64,000 nucleotides of DNA from Chloroflexota bacterium (GTDB lineage Bacteria; Chloroflexota; Dehalococcoidia; DSTF01; RBG-16-68-14). A program made the translations under genes and the position numbers. Positions 49,466 to 56,585 of this stretch are shown here, piece by piece (the first letter of the stretch is position 1; the number at the start of each line of letters is the position of its first letter). The stretch is taken from the NCBI GenBank assembly GCA_029262675.1, contig JAJCYW010000015.1, positions 4,662 to 68,661 on the forward strand. The letters run 5' to 3'. A model generated the notes under the pieces. It saw nothing but the letters and a program-made list of their open reading frames with translations, did not search any database and was not told where the DNA came from.

Positions 49466-51229
49466 CTACGCGCAAGTGTGGTTGGCTTGCTGAATCACGC
49501 CGAGGATGTCGTTGAGCAGATCGATCACGCCATCCGGCGCTGTCATGTTCCAGGCGTTGGGGCCCGTTATCGGTCCGCGATCGTAGTTCGCGTCGTACGG
49601 TGGCGCGCCGGTGGGGGCGTAGTGGTTGATGACGCTGAGGATGTCGAACAGCAGGTCGACGGTGCCGTCTTGGCCGGGCCCCGAGATCGTTTCCACGTCG
49701 TAGAAGTCCCAGGGGTTCTTGAAGTCGCGCCGGCCGCCTAAGGTCTCGTCTGGGCCGTTCTCTACCTGGTCCGTGCATCCATCGCCGTCGGTGTCGCCGG
49801 GGTCGGGCTGCTTCGTGGTCGTAGGCGTGGGCGTGGAGCAGCCGCCGTTGTCTGGCACCTTGCCGCCCGGACAAGGAGTCTGCGTCACTGTTGGCGTGGG
49901 CGTCGGCGGGGGCTTGATCAGGTCGTAGACGTACGCTGCGCCGGTGGATTTTACTTGCGCGCCGTAGGCTCCGATGACGGCAACGTCACCGCTGCTGGCT
50001 ACGCTCGCGCCGAAGCGGGCGAAATACGCCTCTACCTCGTCAGAGGCGGTGAGCTTGGCTACTTCGCCCCAGTTGTCCGGGCCGCCGTTGTCGCGTTTGA
50101 ATACGAATGCGGCACCCTCCCTGCCGCTTTGGCTTGCGCCAATCACGGCAATATCACCGGTGACGGTTACACTGCCGCCGAAGAGATCGTACTCTTCTGC
50201 GTCGGAGGCGGTAAGCTTGGTCATTTCACCCCAATTATCAGCGCCGCCCTGGTCTCGTTGGAAAACGTAGGCCGCGCCGGCGGAGTCGCCGCCGGTGTCT
50301 TCAAACGATGCTCCGACCACGGCGGTATCGGCGTTGATTGCGGCGCTGCTGCCGAAGCGGTCGCCTGCCTCAGCGTCAGAGGCAGTGAGTACTACTACTT
50401 CGCCCCAGTTGTCCGGGCCGCCCTCGTTGCGCTGGAATACGTATGCAGTGCCGGGGTCGGTCACGACCGCACTTCGCACTGCCCCGACGATGACTGTGTC
50501 GCCGCTGATCGCTACGCTGTTGCCGAAGGAGGAATAGTCCTGCGCGTTTGACGCTCGCAGTATTGTTACTTCGCCCCAGTTGTCTGGGCCGCCCTGGTTG
50601 CGTTGGAACACGTACGCCGCGCCGACGTTGAAGCCGCCGAAGTTGTCGTCGTAGCGCGCGCCGACGACGGCAGTGTCGCCGCTGACTGCAATGCTGTAGC
50701 CGAAGCTGTCGCCGGACTCGGCGTCGGAGGCGGTGAGCTTTGCCAGTTGGCCCCAGTTGTCCGCGCCGCCCTCATCGCGTTGGAACACATATGCCGCCCC
50801 GGTGTCGGCCGTCGCTCCCGCGTCCGCGCCTATCGCTCCTACGAAAAGCTCGTCGCCGCTGACGGCGACACTGTAGCCGAATTGGTCTGCGGCCTGGGCG
50901 TCGGAGGCGGTGAGCGTGGTCAGCTCGCCCCAATAGTCCGGAGCGAGATAGTCGCGCTCGTAGACATACGCCGCGCCTGCCTGGAACCCGCTGGCGTCCT
51001 GCCAACGCGCGCCCATGACGGCGGTATCGTTGCTGACTGCGACGCTGTAGCCGAACTGGTCATCTTCCTGTTTGTCGTGGGCCTCGAGCTGCCTGATTTC
51101 ATTGAACGTTGCTGCTTTGGCGCTCTGCGGCTCGGGGCCGAGGTTGGTCTGGCTGGCAAGCAATATGCCCGCCAAGACCAATAACAGCAGCGCCCCGATC
51201 TTTACGGTCGCATTGAGTGATGAGATCAT
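49466..51229 (-). CDS. Secreted FG-GAP propeller + flexitail protein
   Basis: Seven FG-GAP repeats; signal peptide; tail; ATG 51229 after GGGAG. Confidence 0.88.
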   Translation of the reverse strand: MISSLNATVKIGALLLLVLAGILLASQTNLGPEPQSAKAATFNEIRQLEAHDKQEDDQFGYSVAVSNDTAVMGARWQDASGFQAGAAYVYERDYLAPDYWGELTTLTASDAQAADQFGYSVAVSGDELFVGAIGADAGATADTGAAYVFQRDEGGADNWGQLAKLTASDAESGDSFGYSIAVSGDTAVVGARYDDNFGGFNVGAAYVFQRNQGGPDNWGEVTILRASNAQDYSSFGNSVAISGDTVIVGAVRSAVVTDPGTAYVFQRNEGGPDNWGEVVVLTASDAEAGDRFGSSAAINADTAVVGASFEDTGGDSAGAAYVFQRDQGGADNWGEMTKLTASDAEEYDLFGGSVTVTGDIAVIGASQSGREGAAFVFKRDNGGPDNWGEVAKLTASDEVEAYFARFGASVASSGDVAVIGAYGAQVKSTGAAYVYDLIKPPPTPTPTVTQTPCPGGKVPDNGGCSTPTPTTTKQPDPGDTDGDGCTDQVENGPDETLGGRRDFKNPWDFYDVETISGPGQDGTVDLLFDILSVINHYAPTGAPPYDANYDRGPITGPNAWNMTAPDGVIDLLNDILGVIQQANHTCA

Positions 51230-51349
51230 GACAAAGCTCCCAAAGTATCGCCAGGAGTGCGCGGGAACAGCGCCTGGTGCCGTATGCCAGGCCGCTGCCA
51301 TCGGAGGCCTCAGTGACCCCTACTATATAGAAATGCTCAGGTTTGTCAA
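51230..51349 (-). promoter_or_regulatory. Conserved array promoter + leader, copy E
   Basis: TTGACA (51349-51344), N16, TATAGT (51327-51322). Confidence 0.75.
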
Positions 51350-51421
51350 GCGGCCCGGGTGGCCGGGGTCCCTCACCTCCAGCCCATCTTCCACTGGGAG
51401 AGGGGCTGGGGGTGGGTAGCT

Positions 51422-54400
51422 TTACGTGCAGGTGTGGTTGCCCTGTAGCACCACGCCCAGGATGTCGTTCAGGAGGTCTATCACCCCATCCGGTCTGGTC
51501 ATATTCCAGGCGTTGGGGCCAGCGGACGGTCCGCGGTCGTAGTTTGCGTCGTACGGAGGCGCGCCGCCAGCGGTGGGCTGGTAGTGGTTGATGACGCCGA
51601 GGATGTCGAACAGCAGGTCGACGACACCGTCCTTGCCCGGGCCTGAGATCGTCTCCACGTCGTAGAAGTCCCATGCGTTGAGCGGGTTGCGGAGGCCGCC
51701 GAGCGTTTCGTCGGTGCCGACTTCTGCGGCGTTGGTGCAGCCATCGCTGTCCTCGTCGTCGGCGCCGTCCGAGACCGTGTCGACGTCTGTGTCGGCGTTC
51801 GTTGGGTCGTTGCCGGTGAGGTACTCGCCGAGCAGGTTGAGGCCGTCCGAATCGAAGTCGTCGGTGGCGAGCGGAGCGTTGGAGCCGAAGTACCAGCGCT
51901 CGAAGGCGTCGACGACGCCGTCGTTATCGACATCGCCGTCGGGGTCCGTTGCCAGGTCTTCCGCGACGTGGAGCATGGGGACGAAGCGCCACTCCGCCCA
52001 GGTCTTGTGAAGGCTGGTCATGTGGAAGTCGGGGTTGCCGTCGGTATCGGCGAAGCCGCTCTGGCCGAGCGGGAAGATCATCTCTCCGAGGACGGTGGGG
52101 CCGACCTCCACGATCTGCTCGTAGTGGCCGCGGTTGCCGATCGGCGTCGTGTCGAACACGAGCTGCGGGTAGATGGCGGACAGCGGATGGATGTAGGTGC
52201 TGTCCGGCCTGGCGATATCGGCCGGGATGCCGCCGTTCGCGGTGGCGACGGCGGAGAGGGCATCGCGGACGACGACGCGCCAATCGCTGCCGTTGAAGTA
52301 GTCGCCGGAGTAGGCTTGCCCGTAGGCGCCCGCGGGGCCGCCGGCTGCGGAGTCGATAGCGTGCTGGATGATGTCGAGTCGGATGTCCTTGGAGTTGCCG
52401 CTAACGCTGACAGACGTGCCGGAGAACTCGTCGGTGTAGATGTCCGTGTAGAGCTCGTCGATCAGGTCTTCGAGGAACACCAGCTCGCCCGCGATCAGGG
52501 TGTCGTTGACGGGATCGACAAAGCCGCGGCCGAAGAACGGGCTGCCGATGTGCGCCTCCAGCGCGGCGAGCGTGGTGTCGACGGCCGGGTTGCTGCCATT
52601 GCCGACGCCGTCGACGGCGAGGCGTAGGCGGGGGATCAGGTAGCGGCCGAACGCTCCCTTGGAATCGAGGCCGGAGACGTCCATGTTGAGCTGACGCTGT
52701 TCGTCCCGCGTCCAGGTGCTGTCGGCGGCCAGGCGCTCCAGGATGAAGATGTTGCGCTGCTGGCGGCCGAAGAGGCGGCCATCGTCCGCGGTGGCGGCCT
52801 TGTTGTTCCAGTTGGAGGTGTAGCCCTGGGGCGGGTTGATGGCTTCAGGCATCGCGACGATCTCGTAGATCTCGTAGAGGTCGCCGGCGGACGGGGCCAG
52901 GCCCCAGTCTTCTTCCAGCGTGAGCGTGTCGTTGGTGTTGCTGGCGATGCGGCGGGTCTGCTTGTAGCCATCGCCGCCGGTGATGGTGACGATATACTCG
53001 CTGCCCTTCAGCGTCGGGTTGTCGAGGCGGAAGTTGAGTGCAGGCGCCGAGTAGTCGGCGGCCGTGAACGCGGCTGTATCTGTGAGCGTGCCTGCGGCGG
53101 CGCTGCCGACTGTGCCGCTGACGACGACGAGCTCGTTGGCGACGGTGCCGTCGAGCGGCAGCCGGGTGTCCGTCGGCGTGCCGCCCTGGCGGACGCGCGA
53201 GAACCCTGTCGAATAGAAGCCGGTGTTGCCCGCTCCGGCGCCGATATTCGTGCCGGTGCCGTTGAAGGCCTTGTTGTCGGCGGAGATGAAATTGTGCGTG
53301 GTGGGGATCAGGCGCGCGCCGGCGCGGATGTCGAGCACGTCCTCGGCGCGCTGGAAGAGCGAGAAGCCGTGGGCGGCGGTCGATTCCTCGAGCCAGTAGG
53401 CGCGTTCGCGGGACGTGATGACGATGTCGTTGCCGGACTGGACGGCGACGTACTCGGACGTGGCGTCGGGCGTGGTGGTCCAGGCGTCGCCGCCGCCGAG
53501 TGTGAGTGTGTCGTTGGTGCTGGAGAGGACGGAACGGATCTGGCCGGCGCCCGTGCCTTCGACGATGGCGACGTAGCCAGCGGCGAAGCCGGCGGCGAAC
53601 TTGCCGGCGTCCGTGAGTGACGTGGCGGTGGCGCTATCCGCGGTGCCGCCGGCGTCGCCCTGGAAGCTGGAGACGGTGCGGGAGCCGCCGTTGCTCACGC
53701 GCTCGTGTGTGCGCCAGATGGTGATGGGCGTGGTGGAGCCGTTGGTGGCCGTGATCAGCTCAGTGCGCCCGCTTATGGTCGCCGGCGTGCCCTCATCGTT
53801 GTAACGGATGGCGTCCGCGTTCTCGAGCACGGCTGCGTCCAGGTAGAAGTCCTCGTTCTTGAGCTGCGCGGTGGTGCTGGTCCAGGCGACGGAGTCGGTC
53901 TCGCCGATCAGGATGGCGGGCGCGCCGGCGAAGGCCATGCCGCGCGCTTCGATGCGGTGGTCGGCGCCCTCCGCGCTGCGGGTCTCGACGAAGTGCATGA
54001 TCGACGGCGTCTGGATGCCGGTCTGCGGGAAGCCGCCCACATAAGGATTGCCGCTAGCCGAACGGTCGCCGTCGATCATCCAGGCGTAGCTGCCGAGGGC
54101 CGGCCAGGCGCCGAGCGAGCGAGCGAACTCTTCGCGGTGGGGGTCGACGTTGGCATCGGGATCGATGAGGTCGCCGGAGTTGTTGCCGGGGAGGGCGCCG
54201 GCCATGCCTGCGTAATCCGGCTGCGGGGCGGCTTGGCGCTGCGAGAGAGGCCCGCCGAATCCGGGCGCGGTGGCGTCCGGGATGGAGACGGGGGCGAGCG
54301 GGTCGGTGAGGAAGTTGAGGTCGTCCCAGATCTCGCTGCCGATCGTGGCGCCGTACTTGGCAACCAGGCTGTTCAACTCGTTCAGCCGGGAGACTTCGCC

Positions 54401-55045
54401 GAAGTTCTCGCTGCCGAAGTTCCGGACTTGGAGCACGGCGACGGCCATCACCATCTCCGGCGTGTACTGGAAGCCGCCGTTGGGGCGTAGCGGGTCCGCG
54501 CCGCCCGGCGCGAGGTAGTTGGGATCGGCCTGGTCGGAGATGTTCGTGGCGTTGCCGAAGAGGTCGTCGCCGAGGCCGAGGAGCTGGAGGAGCGCGACCT
54601 CGGCAGGCTTCGGCTCGTTGCCCGCGTAGACCTCCTCGATGGTGTCGTTGACGCCCTTGGCGTACTCCAGCAGCAGAGTCTTGATATCGGTGGGCAGCTT
54701 GTCGTACATGCCGTTGAGTTCTGAGGACGTGTAGCCGTTGGCGCGGACGCCGACGTCGTCGCCAAACGTTCCGGGGTCCAGCGCGCCGAAGGCCTGGAAG
54801 AGCGTGCCGCGGCCGACGCGCCCGAGGAAGATGAGCTGGCCGAGCCGGTCCTTGGCGACTTCGCGGCCGTACTCGCGGACGAGCTCGAGGTCGGTATCGG
54901 CGTAGATGTGCGGCAGGCCGAAGGCCGGTTCGCGGAAGACGATGGCGCTGGTCGCGGCGTTAGCAGGCTGGTGGCCGTCGCCGATGGCGACGATGGCGGA
55001 GAGCGCTGCGATGACGGCGAGGAGTGGTAGCGAGAAGCGGATCAT
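51422..55045 (-). CDS. Secreted penicillin-acylase family (Ntn hydrolase) protein with flexitail C-terminus
   Basis: FGLPHIYA, DRLGQL, GSYAW.I...RSASG.P, AWTSTT, NWNNK, GQSG; tail. Confidence 0.8.
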   Translation of the reverse strand: MIRFSLPLLAVIAALSAIVAIGDGHQPANAATSAIVFREPAFGLPHIYADTDLELVREYGREVAKDRLGQLIFLGRVGRGTLFQAFGALDPGTFGDDVGVRANGYTSSELNGMYDKLPTDIKTLLLEYAKGVNDTIEEVYAGNEPKPAEVALLQLLGLGDDLFGNATNISDQADPNYLAPGGADPLRPNGGFQYTPEMVMAVAVLQVRNFGSENFGEVSRLNELNSLVAKYGATIGSEIWDDLNFLTDPLAPVSIPDATAPGFGGPLSQRQAAPQPDYAGMAGALPGNNSGDLIDPDANVDPHREEFARSLGAWPALGSYAWMIDGDRSASGNPYVGGFPQTGIQTPSIMHFVETRSAEGADHRIEARGMAFAGAPAILIGETDSVAWTSTTAQLKNEDFYLDAAVLENADAIRYNDEGTPATISGRTELITATNGSTTPITIWRTHERVSNGGSRTVSSFQGDAGGTADSATATSLTDAGKFAAGFAAGYVAIVEGTGAGQIRSVLSSTNDTLTLGGGDAWTTTPDATSEYVAVQSGNDIVITSRERAYWLEESTAAHGFSLFQRAEDVLDIRAGARLIPTTHNFISADNKAFNGTGTNIGAGAGNTGFYSTGFSRVRQGGTPTDTRLPLDGTVANELVVVSGTVGSAAAGTLTDTAAFTAADYSAPALNFRLDNPTLKGSEYIVTITGGDGYKQTRRIASNTNDTLTLEEDWGLAPSAGDLYEIYEIVAMPEAINPPQGYTSNWNNKAATADDGRLFGRQQRNIFILERLAADSTWTRDEQRQLNMDVSGLDSKGAFGRYLIPRLRLAVDGVGNGSNPAVDTTLAALEAHIGSPFFGRGFVDPVNDTLIAGELVFLEDLIDELYTDIYTDEFSGTSVSVSGNSKDIRLDIIQHAIDSAAGGPAGAYGQAYSGDYFNGSDWRVVVRDALSAVATANGGIPADIARPDSTYIHPLSAIYPQLVFDTTPIGNRGHYEQIVEVGPTVLGEMIFPLGQSGFADTDGNPDFHMTSLHKTWAEWRFVPMLHVAEDLATDPDGDVDNDGVVDAFERWYFGSNAPLATDDFDSDGLNLLGEYLTGNDPTNADTDVDTVSDGADDEDSDGCTNAAEVGTDETLGGLRNPLNAWDFYDVETISGPGKDGVVDLLFDILGVINHYQPTAGGAPPYDANYDRGPSAGPNAWNMTRPDGVIDLLNDILGVVLQGNHTCT

Positions 55046-55216
55046 GGTCACGTCTCCCATGTTGCGTTGGGTGCTGTGTTCGCGGCGGGGTGTCTCTGTC
55101 TGCGGAGGTTGCACACGTGGAAGCGGATGCGACCTCCCGTTAACAGACGCGTCAGTATAGCGGCCGTGTCAAGCGAGCGAGCGGATGACGGTAGGCGGTT
55201 AGCGTTGGACCCGGTG

Positions 55217-56350
55217 CTACCTGCAGTCGTGCCCTTGCTGGAGGATGATGCCCAGGATGTCGTTGAGGAGGTCGATGCTGCCGTCCGGCGCCGTCATGTC
55301 CCAGGCGTTGGGGCCTGCGGATGGTCCGCGGTCGTAGTTCGCATCGTACGGTGGGTCGCCGGTAGGCGAGTAGTGGTAGACGACTTCGAGAACGTCGAAC
55401 AGCAGGTCGATGACGCCGTCCTGACCGGGTCCTGAGATCGTCTCCACATCGTAGAAGTCCCAGGGGTCCAAGAAGTTTCGCAGGCCGCCGAGCTTTTCGT
55501 CCGTGCCGTTCTCTCGCTGGTCTGGGCAGCCATCGCCGTCGGTGTCGGTGAGGTCAGGTGTTGGCGTGGGCGTACCGCAGCCACCGTAGGCTGGTACCTT
55601 ACCCGCAGGGCAGGGAGTGGGTGTTGTCGTGGGGGTTGGCGTGGGCGTGCCGCAGCCGCCGCTAGCCGGAACTTTACCCGTTGGGCAGGGTGTCGGAGTC
55701 GGCGTGATTTGGCTCGTGCAGTTTACCAGCAGCGTGCTGCCAGGAACGGCGATGAGTGGGCCACCATCGGGAGGCCAGAATGCGGCGCCGTAATTACCGG
55801 CATTCGGGCCGCCGAGCGTCTCCAGATCGATCTGGTGAGAGCTCGTGGTAGATGTACACACGAACTTGAAGCTGAAGAGGCCGCCCTTATGCAGGCTAAC
55901 CGGCAGCGGAGGGATTAGTCCGAGCAGACACGAATTGCTGACGTCCGTCCCGCCGGACCCAGCAACAGCGGCCCCGAGCGTCACGCAGTCAGGCCAAAGG
56001 ATCTCCGGGCTGAACCCCCAGACTTTGACGGTGAGGCCTGTGGCGCCAAAATGCAGCCAAGCCTGGGCGCCACTGTAGCCAGGGGGAGAACCGCTGAGCG
56101 GAACAGCGTCAGCGCTGACGATAACGTCGAAGGTGGCGCCCAGCGGGACGCACGTCTCTCCCAATAACTTCGTGTCCGGGCAGGGGTGTGTGTCGGCGGG
56201 GTCGACAGCGATACTCATCGCCGCGCCGTCCACGGCTGAATGGGCCGTATTGATTTGCTGGCTCGCCGACAGGAACGTGCCAGCGATCGCGACGACGACG
56301 AATACGAGCAGCGCGGCTACCTTGAGAGCCGTGTTTGGTGATCGGGCCAT
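55217..56350 (-). CDS. Secreted cohesin-like-domain + flexitail protein, paralog of 42658-43761
   Basis: Same framework (TAHSAVDGAAMSI.VDPADTH.CP.TK...SHQIDLETLGGP.AG..GAAF...IAVPGSTLLVNCTSQIT). Confidence 0.82.
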   Translation of the reverse strand: MARSPNTALKVAALLVFVVVAIAGTFLSASQQINTAHSAVDGAAMSIAVDPADTHPCPDTKLLGETCVPLGATFDVIVSADAVPLSGSPPGYSGAQAWLHFGATGLTVKVWGFSPEILWPDCVTLGAAVAGSGGTDVSNSCLLGLIPPLPVSLHKGGLFSFKFVCTSTTSSHQIDLETLGGPNAGNYGAAFWPPDGGPLIAVPGSTLLVNCTSQITPTPTPCPTGKVPASGGCGTPTPTPTTTPTPCPAGKVPAYGGCGTPTPTPDLTDTDGDGCPDQRENGTDEKLGGLRNFLDPWDFYDVETISGPGQDGVIDLLFDVLEVVYHYSPTGDPPYDANYDRGPSAGPNAWDMTAPDGSIDLLNDILGIILQQGHDCR

Positions 56351-56471
56351 GATTGTACTCCCAACGTATCGCCAGGAGCTCGCGGGCCGCACGCCCGGCG
56401 AAACGCTCTGGGCCACCGCCATCGGAGGCCTTCAGTGACACCTACTATACAGGAGTGCCCACATTTGTCAA
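56351..56471 (-). promoter_or_regulatory. Conserved array promoter + leader, copy F
   Basis: TTGACA (56471-56466), N16, TATAGT (56449-56444). Confidence 0.75.
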
Positions 56472-56585
56472 CCGGATTGAGCCGCGGCGCGGCAGACGAC
56501 CCTTACGCTCTTCGCCCTCACCCTAGCCTGCGTACCGCGGGCCGCCCTCTCCCTGGGGGAGAGAGGGGTGACGCGTTGCGTAGCT

